From Geosiphon pyriformis uo1 (Eukaryota; Fungi; Glomeromycota), in NCBI GenBank assembly GCA_016748015.1, contig JAAOMT010000183.1, forward strand, positions 805,574 through 869,573: 64,000 nt of DNA, read 5' to 3'. Both the position numbers and the translations under genes were made by a program. Shown here in pieces: positions 1 through 13,956 of the stretch (position 1 is its first letter; each line of letters starts with the position of its first letter). The notes below the pieces were generated by a model, which was not told where the DNA came from, did no database searches, and saw nothing but the letters and a program-made list of their open reading frames with translations.

Positions 1-861
1 TAAAGATATCAACAAATCTATTTTTATACAAACTATTTGAAATAGATTAGCTTAAAAAAGACTTCATTTATGTATTTCTTGTTTCAAGCCATTAATTTCT
101 AAATCAAATAAAAAAAAATGTTTACAATAGATTTATACTTATAAAAATTGAACAATAGAAGATTTTAATCAAGTTGTTTGGTCAGATAAATTTACATATA
201 CACAATTTAGAAGTACAGAATTTGGACATGTATAGTGTAAACCTTTCTAAGAGTTTTATAAGGATTGTATTACAGCCACAGTTAAAAAAAGCTTTGGTCA
301 TATGTTTTGGAGATGTTTTTTATGAGTTGGTTTGAGTCCTTTAGTTCTTTTGATTGGTCATATTACTTGAGTTATACACTACAAAATCTTGCATAATTAT
401 GCAATTCCTATGGTAAACTTTATGCAAAAAAAACTAAAAAAAAAGTTTTTTTTTTCTAAGAAGACAATGTATCAATTCACACATCAAAAGTTGTGCATTC
501 TTTTTTTATTTCTTCAAATGTTGAATTACTTTTTTGGCCATCACAAAGTCTTAATATTACTCTAATAAAAAATTTTTGGTTATATATTGAAGTTAAAATT
601 CATTAACATAATTCACAACTCTCAAATATTGTACAATTGGAACAGTGGGTTAAGGAAGAATGGAATGTAATATCTGTAAATTATTATCATAATTTGATTA
701 AGTCTAGTTACATCAAGTTTAAGCTATTCTTAAAGCAAATAGAGGTCAAACAAACTACTAACATGTATTTTAATATAATAATAAAAAATTAATGATTCAT
801 AAGTTAGTTCTTTTATATAACATATTATAAAAGTGTTCAATCTTTTTTATATCCTTCTGTA
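1..861 (+). mobile_element. Tc1/mariner DNA transposon remnant (degenerate DDE transposase 3' part plus probable right terminus)
   Basis: Degenerate translation gives WSD(E)-like (179-190), (Q)EDN.PIH-like (~458-480) and WPSQSP(D)..P.(E)N.W-like (~534-580) motifs, ending KAN.GQTNY* near 760. The putative terminus ...ccttctgTA is at 852-861. The left part lies outside the window. Confidence 0.7.
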
Positions 862-899
862 TTTATTTTAACAGTATATTTTGAAATATAATTTTTGTT

Positions 900-1750
900 A
901 TTAGTTTTATTAAATATGTTGTTATTTTTTTTTATTGATAATATTGTTATTTTATTATATACTAGTTTAAATAATATTACTTAAACAGTATTTTGTTTTA
1001 TTGTTTAATAAGCAAATAATATTAATAGTATAAATATGTCTTATTTTTTTGTTTTTTTTAACTAATTTTAGCCAATATTTTACATAATATTTTATTAAAT
1101 TTTTTGATTAAGCTATTTTTTTTTAAATAATATAATAATTTTAATGGTTTTTTAACTTCAAATTTTTGGCTTAATTTTGTTAATATTCTGTTTATAAAAT
1201 GGATTTTTTAATATGATAATAATTTTTTTAAACATCTATATTAACATATTAAGCCTTAATAAATAAATTCAGCTATTAATTTTGTATTAGCTTTTTATAT
1301 GACTTTAGGTTTTGGTCATTTAGTAAGATAGTTTATAACAACAACAATATATTAATTGTTTTTGGTTGTTATTAATAATAGTCTTATTAAGTCAATTTTA
1401 ATTTTATCAAATAGTTATTTAATTTCATTTTTTTTCTTTAATAAACATTATAACTTTATATATATTGTTTTATATTTAGATGTATTATTAATTAATAGTA
1501 CAATTGTTTGGTTTTTTTTAGTATTAATTTTCAATTAAAATGTTTTATTGTTGAATCTAAATATATATTAAACAATATTTTTTTTTGTTTTTTTATTATT
1601 TTTAATAGATTATTAAGATCTTTTAATTTTTTCTGTATAATTTATTTTGGTAATTAATATAATATTTAACTTGTTAATAAATTCTGTTTTGTTTATTTTG
1701 AGATAATTTTTTTTTAAACTATTTAGTAATAATATAGTAATTTAATTATT
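900..1750 (-). pseudogene. Highly degenerate gypsy integrase fragment
   Basis: Minus strand ~1260-1380 reads YIVVVINYLTK*PKPKVI*KANTKLIAEFIY, matching YIAVAVDYLTKWPKARAIQQADAKSVANFIY of element B integrase. Boundaries are approximate. Confidence 0.6.
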
Positions 1751-1849
1751 ATTAATTTTTATAGTTTATTTTGTTATTTTATTGTTGTTTTATTAGAAAT
1801 CTCAACATGAATATTTTAGCCAATTAACAAATTGGTTTTTTTAATTATT

Positions 1850-3113
1850 ATTGCTATATATGATGTCACTAGTACTATTTCTTTGAAAATAACCAAAAAA
1901 GCCAAAGATTCCAAAAAATAAGAGTAATTATTCACTTTTGTTATTGTTATATGAACTTCTTTGTGATTTTAGATAAAATTTTAGATAAAATTTCTATTGT
2001 ATTATCTAGTATATTATTTAAAATAGGCCAAAATCAATCACTAACTATATTATTAAATATGATTTCTTTTGGCAAATTATTACTAGTTTTAGAAACAAAA
2101 TAACAATCTTTTATTGGCTTATTTGTTTTAGAAACTAGACTGATCAAATAGAAACTGATTCATTTTTTCTACTGGTTTTTAATACTGCTATTGGTAATAC
2201 TTAGGAAATCATTTCTAGTTGTCAAAGATTTACTGAACAAGTGGTCTTTACTTTGGTGCTTGATGCTATTTTTAAAATCAAATTGGCTTATATTAAGACT
2301 GTTTTTTAGTTTGTACATGGTTTTTTGGATATTAGACTGATTTAGATACTGCAATAATCAAGATTAATACATTAAAAAAGTATTGTATTTAGTAAAAAAC
2401 TTCTAATTGTTGACATTGTTTTAAGTGTTAAGAGATAAGCTATTTAATTGTAAACTATAAAGTGTTTTTATTTCTTCTTTTTAAAAATTCCAAAATTTTC
2501 AAGATGTTTGTATTATGTTTTGTGAATGCTAAATTTTAGGTCAAAGCTTTTGCTTTTTTGAGCTTTCCTAAATTTTTACTTTTGATGACTTTTGTTTCTC
2601 TTTTATAGTTGTTGGTAGTTTTTTGGTATCTTCTTATTTAACTTTTTTGGAATCTGATTTGGCCAAACTTTTTGTATTAGTTAAATTAATTGTTAAATTT
2701 GTTAACTTTCTAATTGTTGTATTTAAACAATTCATTAAGAGTAATTTGATTTTAAACAGTGTTCTTAGTCTTAAAATTAATAACTTATAATTTATTTGGG
2801 CTTTTTTAGCAGAGCTGTTAATAAGTTGGAAAAAGAAATGGTTTTATTAAAAAAAAAATATATAAATAATATTAACATGTCTGATAATTCAAATTTTTTA
2901 GTTGGTAATAATAATAATATATTTTTTAACTTAATGTTTTTTTGGATATATAAATCTAATAATATTAAAACTAATATCTTAAAAACAGTCAAATGGCTAA
3001 TTGGATTGATTTTTTATAGTATTAAATTATTTAATGTAGTTTAAAAAATGTTGGTTTTGGATAAGTTTTTTTCTGTTGTATTAATATAGCATAGTCTGAA
3101 CTGGCTTAAATAG
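1850..3113 (+). mobile_element. Degenerate LINE ORF1-like remnant
   Basis: Decayed CxxC/zinc-knuckle-like segment at ~2410-2460 and composition similar to LINE ORF1 at 59.3-60.7 kb. Boundaries are approximate. Confidence 0.35.
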
Positions 3114-3117
3114 CTGA

Positions 3118-4035
3118 TATTATAGATAATTATTTAGAATATTAAAACAAATAACAAATCTGTAATTTGGTGCTTAATAATTAAAAATGTTAGTAATTCT
3201 AAAGATTTTAATGTCTAAAGGTTTTGGTTAAGTTCTTTGTATAAAGAACAGAAATTTAATTAATGATTGCTTTTGTGAATTTTTTTTTTTAGTGTAATGG
3301 CCAATTTATTTTGGCAGTTATGCTCTTCTGGTAAATTATTTTTAAATTTTTATCTTTATTCTTGGATTTTTATCAAATTATCTTTAATATCAACTATTTA
3401 GTACTTAATCTCTTTAATTAATTAGCAAATAACAATAAATAAAATAAAAAAATAAAATAAAATAAAATAAAAAATAAAAAATTAGTATTCTGTTAATAAG
3501 CATAATCAAAAACTATTGGTTTAATGTAATTAAGTATTAAATTCTATCAACATAAAGTGTTAATAGTGAATAAGTAATTAATATTCTTAATTAAGTAACA
3601 ATAACATAAATTAAATAACAATTAGATATTTTTATTAATATAAATATGTTTTTGCTTTAAATTATAGAAAACTATCTTTTGAAAAAAGAGTATTGGAATT
3701 TTAAACTCTATTAAATTCTGAATCAATTCTGTTTTTTTTGTTTTTAATACTCTTAATATATATATATAATTCTTGTTATATAAAATCTCATATTTTTTTG
3801 AATAATATGTACTATTTTTTTTGATAATGTGCTTATTGCTAAACAATATGCCATGATTTCTAACAATGTGCTTATTGCTAAGCAATATGCCATAATTTAC
3901 TGACAATATGCTTATTGCTAAACAATATATTATAATTTTCTAACATTGTGCTTACTTGCTAAGTTTTATTCTTCAATTGGTCTATTTTTTTATCTGTTTT
4001 TTTTACTTTTTTTTTGTACTTTTTTATAAATAACA
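3118..4035 (-). repeat. 3' LTR of element A, with ~39-bp tandem repeats at ~3820-3960
   Basis: Colinear with the three pieces of the 5' LTR; ends ...taaca followed by the PPT complement ttattttctccttc. Confidence 0.9.
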
Positions 4036-7000
4036 TTATTTTCTCCTTCAATATTGAGCTTTATTGAAATCTTTATTTTGAATTAAGTCTATTATTTTTT
4101 TTTTAATACTATTTGTTTAATTTTGTTTCTTATTTTTTTACATTGAGAGTTGTTTACTTTTTTCTACTGGTTAATAGTTTTTATTTTTATTTTTTAGTAT
4201 AGTAGTATTTTTAGATAATTTTAAAATATGGTATGTAGTTAGTAAATTGTTTTAATATATAGTATAAAATTTGTCTTCTTTCTAATAAAATTTTCAATTT
4301 GTTGTACTATTTTTTGATTGAATATTTTTTTAAATTTATCAATATATAATTCTTAGATATTTAGCTTTTGTTCTAATTAATAATAACAGTATAATATTAG
4401 AAGTTGTTTTATTTATAGCTTCCAGTTTTTTTTAATTGGCTCTTTTATTGAGATTATTATTAGTATTTTCTCAAAAGTATTCTTTACTTTTTCTATAACT
4501 TTATCTGATAAGTACTTTGTTTAGTTTTGTAGAATAATTTTTGCTTTTTTTTTTTGGTGTTTCAATAACAAATTGTTTGGTAATTAATGATAATTTCATG
4601 TCTAATTGTTGTTAATTTATGGTCTGAAATAATTGTTAAGCCATCATGTAAATGTGGTCTAGAATTTCTATCTTTTTATTATTGCTTTTATTATGTAAAC
4701 TGTGTCTTTATATACTATTTTTGTAAATCAATTTGATGTGTTTGTGTTAATAATTATAATTGGTTTTAGATCTTATGGAATTTTATCTGGTTGAACTAGT
4801 ATTTATTGTATTCCTAGTTGTAGAATATTACTGGTAGATGATAATACTATATTATAATATGGTTTTAGTCAATTCTTATATGCTGCTTTAGCTAAGATAT
4901 TATTGTTCTATCTTAATTTATAAGTTTTATTTCCTAGAATTTTTTCAATATAAAATGGTTTATTCTATTTGGAATCAAATTTTCCACTCCATACAAGAGT
5001 ATTTTGTCTTTAATTTTAAATTCAACTGGTTTATTTGGTAATTGATTATTATGTCATTTTTTTTGTTTTGCTTGTGATTTTTATATATTATTAGCTGCTA
5101 TTTATCTTTTGTTTTCTAATATTTTTATTAAATTATATGTTTTTTTTAGCAATATTTTTTGAAAGTTGGCTTTTGTTATTGGTTCTATTGGATATGTATT
5201 GATATCTATCTTAGCTGATAATATTGCTATTTTATTATATACAAGTTCAAATAGTATTACTTATGTAGTATTTTGCTTTATTGTTTGATAAACAAATAAT
5301 ACTGATAGTATAAATAAATCCTATTTGTCCTGATTTTTTTGGCTAATTTTGGCTATTGCTTTACACTGTTACAGATAAACTTAGTAAAGTAAGAAAATAG
5401 TAATGTTTAATGCTTTCAATTATCAATAATGTATACATTTGCTTTTTAAATTGCTTTTGTTTTTGGCCATTTTGTAAAATAGTCTATGGCTACTGCTATA
5501 TATCAATTGTTTTTGCTGATTATTGTTAGTAGTCTTACTAAGTTAATTTCAATTTAATTAAATAATTATTCTACTTTGATTGGTCTTAGTGGTTCACTGG
5601 ATTTTGTTCCTCTTTTTCTTTAATAAGCATCACAATTTTGAACATATTAGATAATATTTAAATATATAAATGACCAATAGTATTATTTTTTGGTTCTTTC
5701 TATGGTTGCTTTTTTATAAAAATGTTCTGCTATTAGATCTGAATACATATTAAACAATATTGTTTTTTTTTCTGGTTTTGTAATTACTCTAATTGGCTAA
5801 TCTGGATCTTTTTTGTTTTTCTAATATAGTATATTTTGATAAATAATAAAGTATTTTAATTGTTGTTTTATGTTGTTTTATTTTTTTTAATTTTTTTTTA
5901 AATTATTAAGTATTGATATAATATTAAAGTTGTTAATATTTTTGTGCATTTATTTTTTGTTATATTTTTGGGTTGAAATGTTTTTAAATTTGTTTTATTC
6001 ACAATAAACTATTGGTATTTTTGTTTTTTTTTCCCTTTTTATAATGTACTATATAATTAAATAATGATAATTCTATTTTTTATCTTATATAGTGATCATT
6101 TTCAAATTCCTGCTTTTGAATTGATGTTAATTTTTTGTGATTAGTATACAAATCAAACTTTTAACTAAAGTATTTTTTCCATTTGATGACAACTCAATAA
6201 ATAGTTAAGTGTTTTAATACTAGAGTTCTATAGTTTTTCTTGGCTGGACTTAAACTTTGGTTGACATATGCTATTGGATGTTCTTATTTATCTGTTTTTT
6301 TTGTAACAATACAGCTTCCAATGCTTGACTAAATGCATTAGTGGTAATGATAAATGACTTGTTATAATCTAAATAGATTATTATTAAAGCTTAAATAAGC
6401 TTTCTTCTTAAAATATTAAAAGCTTTTTGTTGAGTTTCAGTCCATTTATATTTAATATTTTTTGTTTATAGCTGGTAGAATAGTTAAGTCAGTTTGGAAA
6501 AGTTTTGGATAAAGTGGCAATAATATTTAGCAAATTCCAAAAATGCTCTTAATTCTATTAAGTTTGTTAATATTAGAAAGTTTTTAACTATTTTAATTTT
6601 GTCTGGATCTGTTTTAATACTGTTTTTGCTTATAACATGTTTTAAAAACTTTAATTTTGTTTTGTTAAAGAAGCATTTGATTGCATTCAACTTTAATTTG
6701 ACTCTTTTTAATTTTTTAAACATTTGTTAGAAATAATAGAAATGGTCATTGAATGTTTTAGAAAACACATTGGTATTGTTTAAGTAGACTATTACTGATT
6801 TTTATAGTAATTTAGTATATACAATTTCTATAAGCCATTGAAAGATAACTGAAGCATTAGTTATAAAAAACATAATATTAAATTTGAAATTCTCTTCTCT
6901 GATTGTAAATACTATCTTTTTTTTGTTAGCTGAATTCATAACTACTTGTCAATAACTACTATCTAAGTCTAATGTTAAGAATCATTTCTTTTTTCTAAAA

Positions 7001-10000
7001 ATATTATATAACTCCTGAATTTATGGAGTTAGATAGCTGTTTTCATAAATAATACTATTAAATTTTCTATAATCTACACAAAAGTGGATTTTTTTATTCT
7101 TCTTATGAACAAATATCATTGGTAATAACCATAGACTTATTGATAATTAAATTAATTTGTTGTTTAATATTTTGTTGATTTCTTGTTAAATAATCTTATG
7201 GCTTGCTAATGGTATTTTGTATGCTTGTTGTTTTATTGGCATTATATCTCTAGTCTTAATTTGGTGTTGAATAATGTCAGTTTTGCCAAATTTATTTTCA
7301 TTTACAAAGATGTTAGTGAAGTTGTTAAGTAATATTTTGAGTTGTATATGTTATAGTAAGTCAAAGTTTTCCAAGTTTATTTTTTTCAATTGTTTTGGTT
7401 AAAACAAATAACATTTTTTTCATCTGTATATTGTTTGTAATATAATATCTATATATCTATACAGTTGTGAAAAATTTGGAATTGTGTTTGGTGGTTGGTT
7501 TTCAACTTCAGTAATTAAATATTTAATAGTAATTCTATTTGGTATTTTGATGGTGTTTTCAGTTGTGTTGTAAATGAAAATTTTAATGTGTTTATAGTTT
7601 TTGGCTAATATGTAGAGATTGGTAATTTTAATTTTTTTTAATTTACAAATAGTTGGTTCTGCTTCAAATATTTGAAGCTAATCTTTCACTTTTTTTTCTA
7701 TTACTAACATATATTGATTATATGGTGAAATAAAAACTAATTAATTGGTAGAAATAATTTTTCTCTTATTAATAATTTTCTCTTTTGTCATATTAACTGG
7801 TATGTTTATTTTATCCATTAATCTAAATTTATTTTTTCTTCTAATTGTAATTCCTAATTTTTTTTTGTTTCTATTGATACTAATTGAACTATTTTTACCA
7901 AAGATAGAAATATTGCCTGTGCTATTTTTTTATTTGATTCAATGGTATATTTTTTTTTGAGTCATTTTGTAGCATTGCAATAATATTTCTTATATATCCT
8001 GTATTAATTATTCTTCTTTTGATATTAATTTCTTTTTTCACTAAACTAAATTTAGATGCTAATTAAACTATTATTGTTGTTGAAATTTCCAGTACTATTT
8101 TTAGATTTATACTGGTATGTAAATAGGGTTCTAATCTGATGACAGTTTTTTCTGGATATCTGAAATCAAATCTTGTATTAGTATTATGTGTGCATTTTGG
8201 CATAATATTTTTATCATTATTGCTGAATCATTTAAGTTCCTATTCTATTAAAAAATCTGCAAGCATAATATATTGTTTAGAGTTGTAATTAAAGTTTGAA
8301 TTATTATTATTATTATTGCTATTGTAAACAAAATTGAAACCATTGTTGTTGTTATTATTAGAATTTAAATTATGTTTGAATTTTGATTCCAATTCTGATG
8401 TGCACTTATTAATTGATTTTTCTTTCTTGGAGATCAAATAGATCATGTGTGATAATAAATTGTAGATAAGATTACAATTGTCACAATATTTGAAGTCATT
8501 TGGAATTAAACAATATTTACAAAGTTTAGTATTTAATTTTTTTAAACACTGCTTTTGTTCTTTTTTAGTGAGTATTAACTTTTAGTAGTGTTCATAGAAT
8601 TGTTTTGGATTGCTTAGGATATTAACAAATATATTTGGATTGGGAATAGGAATGGTTTTGACAGGTTTTGGTGAGTTATTTTTAATTACTAATATTTTAC
8701 TAGGTAAAACATCTTTGATTTTGGTACTTGCCATTTGCCAGATTTTGTTTTCATTATTTGAATAATTATTCAAGTATAAAAGTGCTCAATTTCATGTAGT
8801 ATTAAAATAGGTTCTTTGACTTATTCAGTCATTTATGAAAATTATGTATTAACATAATATGTTACATGTTTCTTCTCAATCAAGAATGTTATTCCATATT
8901 TCTTTGTCAAGTAGCATTTTTTCATAAGCAAAACATAGTTTATTGTCCCACTTTCCTTGTTATTTAGAATAACTAAAACATTTTTAGTAGCAGGATTTGT
9001 AATAGTAGTGGATGCATGTTCAATAGTCTTTTTTAGACAAAATCCAAGCTTTCATAAATGAAAGCTTTTTATTGCAATTAATATATTTAAGTAGAATGTA
9101 TGGCAGTTTTTTCTTTGTGTTCATGAAATAGGATCAATTTTATCTACTAGTTATTTCTTCAGTGGCTGTAATGACTTCTGTTTTATCTTCTTTCTTTATT
9201 ATTCCAAAAGAGTATTAGCAATAATTTATTGTGTTTGTTTTTAGCTCATAAGACTTGATAGACTTCTTAAGTAGATTTTTTTTTCTCTTTCTCCAACTTA
9301 ATTAATAGTTGTTTTCTTGAAAAAGCTTTAAAGTATTTATAAATAACTGGTATTCAAGTTTGTTAACCATCTTAACTAAGCTGTAGCTCTTGTGTAGTTC
9401 AGTCAAATATGATATTAGTTTTTAATAACCAGTCATAATTAACAAGAACTTGATACTGTGTGGCTTCTATTATAAGAACTTTGATAAGTGTCATAATGCC
9501 ATTAACTTTGAACAAGAAGTTATTAATTTTATTGATAAAAATCTTGGTGGCTTTATTATTAGTAATAATTCTGGTATTGACAGTATAATTAACTTAGTAA
9601 CCTAATTGATCCATAAGTTATCATGTAATAATACTGCTTGTAAAACTACTATTAAGAATTAATTTAATAAATTGGCCATCAACTTTGGCATCAGTATACA
9701 TGACAGTAATTGGTTTAGTATTAAAAGCAGCTTTACTGAATAGAAATGGCTTGTTAATTTTTCTATTTTGAAAGGAAATATGGCTGCAAGTAATTTGTCT
9801 TTAATAATAGTTGCTAATAAAATATTGTTGGTAAGTAGTGTTTTTGGGCTTTTTAAGTTATTAAATAAGTTGGTTTTTAGAATAACTAAAAAATTTAAAT
9901 AGTTCTGAAAATTTGGGTTTTGGGTGTACTCATTTCTTAAACTTCACTAACATGATTCTAATAATTAATTTGATAAATTGAAAATTAATTAGTATATTAT

Positions 10001-12944
10001 TATTGCTGATCTCCAATTCTGTTGCATATAAGTAATTCTTGGCTTTTGGTTGCTAGTTAACATTTGAACTAAGTTTTGGAACAGTATTTAAATTAGTTGT
10101 AATTGATAGATAATTTATGGCTGTAGTTAATAAATAACTAATACTAGAGTTTAATATATTGGAGGTAAGTATATGAGTTGTTACATTATTGAAATGTAAT
10201 AAGATTGATATTGTTCCTGATTTTGGGTTTGATTTGGAGTTTAAAACTGGTGATTGGAGTTTTAATATTGATTTTTTGATCATTGATTATTTAATTTTAA
10301 ATGACAATTGAATTTTAAGTGTCTTTGTTTATTACAATAGTGGCAGATACACATTTTTTACTATTATGATTGATTGGTTAATAAAAATAATAGGTGTAAT
10401 TGATTTTGAAAATGATTGGAGTTTTTTTAATTGTTATAATATTGTGGAAATTAATAGATTGTTTAATTGTTAATTAAATATCTCTAATTTTTTGATTAAT
10501 GGCTTTGCCAAATTGTTTTAATTTGGTATCCAATTTAAATAATTTGTTTATTAATAAGTTTACAGCTTAGGTGTAATTGGCTTTAAGTTCAGCTAATTTA
10601 AAATCTTGAATATGTGTAACTGTGTTTTGAAAAGTATTTGGGTATATTAGACATACTCATTGTAACAAACTACTGTATAATCCATAAATAAATTGGTTTA
10701 AAATCTGTGCTGCTGTAAAGTAGTTAGCTTAAATTGTCTAAATTTGGCATAGATTTCTATAAAAATGTTCTAAGTAAATAGTAACTGTTTTAGTATTAAC
10801 TTGTTTAATTGTGATAAAACTAGTTAACAATTGATTGATACTGTTGTAATTATTAAAATATTGTAAAAACATGGTTTTAAATGTGTTAAAAGTTTGTGGC
10901 TTGTTAATGAAATTTTAATACCACAAGTTGGTAGTATTCTATAAAAAATAAGAAATGGCTTGAAAAGCTTTGGCATTGTCTCAATTATTGGCTATAATTG
11001 TCTTAACTATGTCATTCAATTATGTTTAGGCATTGTTTTTTTTACTGGTAAATTTTTCAAGTTTGACAATAAGTGTATATGCTATTGGTGCTAGTTGTTG
11101 TTGTTGCAATTGTTGTTAAGATTGTTGTTGAAGCTGTTGTTATAATAAAGCAATTAGTACAATTGGTGAATTAATCATAATTACTAGAGATAAATTTTGC
11201 TAAATAATAGAAATGGAATTTAAATTGTTCTGATTTTGTAAAGTTTGAACAATCAGAGTTTGTATTTCTGGATTATTTGAAATTGGATTTTAATTATTAT
11301 TTCTCTGATTGCTGTTGTCTTTTTTTTCTAATTCAGTATCTTTTTAATAACTAGTAGATTTAAAATTTGGTTGAAGTAACAGTTATCAAAGTTTAATGAC
11401 ATTGTTGGTCGCAATTTAAATTCTTTAAAGTAATTGTCATATGTTCCTAATAGTTTGGTTTTCTCTTAATAATTTTGGAATAGTACTCTAAGTAATGATG
11501 TTTTTGCAATTGATAGTAATATGAATCTGAATAGTATATATATAGTACTTTCTGGTATATGATGGTATGATAAGTAAATAGATAAAATAATTTTAGATTT
11601 CTTCCAATTAGGTAGTTGTATTTTTCTTGATGTTTTTGCTGGAGTTTGTAATTATTTTTTGTCTGTAAAGATAATAGAAAATTTTTATTAAATGTAATTT
11701 TCAATTTTTTTGTTTATTTTTATAATTAATAGTATAAACAAATAGTTTGGTAAAAGTATAGTGCTTTGAAATAATTTACTATAAAAATTGTTGAAAGTGG
11801 TTTTTGAATCTTTTTGGTCTTTCAAATAGGATTTAATTTTTTTTTAACATAGTAATTGAAAGCTAATTTTGCTGGTTAATGATTATTTATCAGTCCAAAA
11901 TAGATTTGATAATATTGAAATAAATATTTCACAAATTCTAAATAATTTTCTCTTATGATTTCTTGTTTTGTCACTTTTCTGAATAGTTGATATTGGTGCT
12001 GGTTCTCTGTTGGATTATATCTCACAAGGAGCACCAAATATTACAGGTAATTATTTAGGATGTTAGAACAAATAACAAATCTGTAACTTGGTGCTCAATA
12101 GTTGAAAATATTGGTAATTTTGAAGGTTTTGGAGTTTGAAGGTTTTGGTTAAGTTTTTTGTATAATAGACAAAGATTTAATTAATGGTTGCTTCCATGAA
12201 TTTTTTTTTTCAATGTAATAGCCAGTTTATTTTAGCAATTGTGCCTTTCTGATAAGTTATCCTTAAATTTTTACTCTTATTTTCAGGTTTTTTATCAGAC
12301 TATTTTTGATGTTAACTATTTAATACTTAATTCTTTTAATCAATTAGCAAATAACAAAGAATGAAACAAAAAAAAAAAAATAAAATAAAAAATAAAATAA
12401 GAAATTAATATTCTGTTAATAGTTATAATCAAGAGTTATTGGTTCAGTATAATTAATTATTGAATTCTATTAATATGGAGTGTTGATAGTAGGTAAGTGA
12501 TTAATATTCTTAATCAAGTAATAATAATATGAATTAGATAATAATTGAATATTTTTATTAATATAAATGTTGTTACCGGAGGTTTTTGATCTCTTTTCTT
12601 GAATGTTGTTGATGTCTGTTTGCTGTGAATTCACGTTTTCTGGATGTAGTTGAACCTCCAGTAACTGAATTTATCTTCAAATTATCTCCTATAATTTGAA
12701 CTGCTGGGCTTATAAGTGGAATGGCCAATTCCTTACCAGTTACTTTATGTAGTTATGTTGTAGTAAACGTCAACTCTTTTCCAGGAATTGCTCGTCTAGA
12801 AGCTCACTAAAATGTATAGTTACTTTGCTGTGAAAGTCAACTCTTCTACAGGAATCTCGTCTGTAGGCTACCTTAATGATTGTAATAAGAAAAGAAAAGG
12901 AAAATAAAAGAAATGTAAAAGAAATAGAATTTTTGTCAAGAGAA

Positions 12945-12964
12945 NNNNNNNNNNNNNNNNNNNN
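12945..12964. other. Assembly gap inside the B 3' LTR
   Basis: 20 N. Comparison with the 5' LTR (21426-21842) implies roughly 417 bp are missing. Confidence 0.95.
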
Positions 12965-13121
12965 CATGATTAATTATCACAATTAGGTTACATTTGTGTT
13001 GTGTACAATTTGGGTTATTAATTAAATGATAATTTCGAACATTCTTTGCTAATGTAATAAGTGATAATTTGAAATGATAATATATGCTAATTAATGATAG
13101 GAATTATGAGATAGTTTCATG

Positions 13122-13841
13122 CTAAATGATATCTCTAATTTTGTCTGGTAACATAACCTCTTCCTCAAGACTGAGCTCCATCGAAGTCCAAGTACTGTCT
13201 GTTATTTCCAAATAATAATCCAAAATTATTGAAGAAATTTGGTCTGAAAATTGTTGAAATTTCAGTTCTGTGAGCTTTCCAATGTATTGAATCTTCAAAG
13301 GTTGAAAAATTGGGTTTTGTAGTACATTTTCACAGGTGTAGAATAGGTCATAAAGTCTAAGAGCAGCTCTAAGCCTATAGCGACTGTTTGTTGATCCAGC
13401 TGTTGTCTTGAATTTGTTGTGGGGTTGTTTCTGAATAGCTTCTTTTGTGAGATTTGCTGTTGTAAGTTCCAGTTTCCGTTCATAGAGTGTTTTTCCAATG
13501 TGAAAATATCTATAGATTGGAGAATATTTAGTGTTTTCCTCATTAAGACACAGTTGAAGTTTTTGTTGACTTGTAGCATTTGGTGGGATACTAATCAGAG
13601 TGAGCATTAGGTTTTCTCTTAAAGCAAGCTTTAAAAGTTCTGGCAGGTGAATTTCAGTATAACTTCTTGTGTTCTTTTTATACAGATGATATTTTCGTGA
13701 ATTTGGAGCTAAATTTGTAACTACTTCTGTTTGGGTATAATTTATGTGGTTTCCAGTAATAGTAATGGATAATTTGGGTATTGTTTTTAAAGCTAACATT
13801 AGTTTTTGGGATAATTGTTGAATGTTTTGAGGAATAGTCAT
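13122..13841 (-). CDS. Element B ORF3, unknown function (~239 aa), runs through the PPT into the 3' LTR
   Basis: Uninterrupted ORF from ATG 13841 (MTIPQNIQQLSQ...). Homologous decayed ORFs occupy the same position in A, C and D. Confidence 0.85.
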   Translation of the reverse strand: MTIPQNIQQLSQKLMLALKTIPKLSITITGNHINYTQTEVVTNLAPNSRKYHLYKKNTRSYTEIHLPELLKLALRENLMLTLISIPPNATSQQKLQLCLNEENTKYSPIYRYFHIGKTLYERKLELTTANLTKEAIQKQPHNKFKTTAGSTNSRYRLRAALRLYDLFYTCENVLQNPIFQPLKIQYIGKLTELKFQQFSDQISSIILDYYLEITDSTWTSMELSLEEEVMLPDKIRDII

Positions 13842-13956
13842 TATAAGCACTTGAAAAAAATAAAAATTTATTTTTGGTTTATGGGTTTTTATGTTATTTT
13901 TGTTTTGTTTTTGTGAGATTGTTCTAAATTATAAGAGAATAACTAGTAAAATTAAA

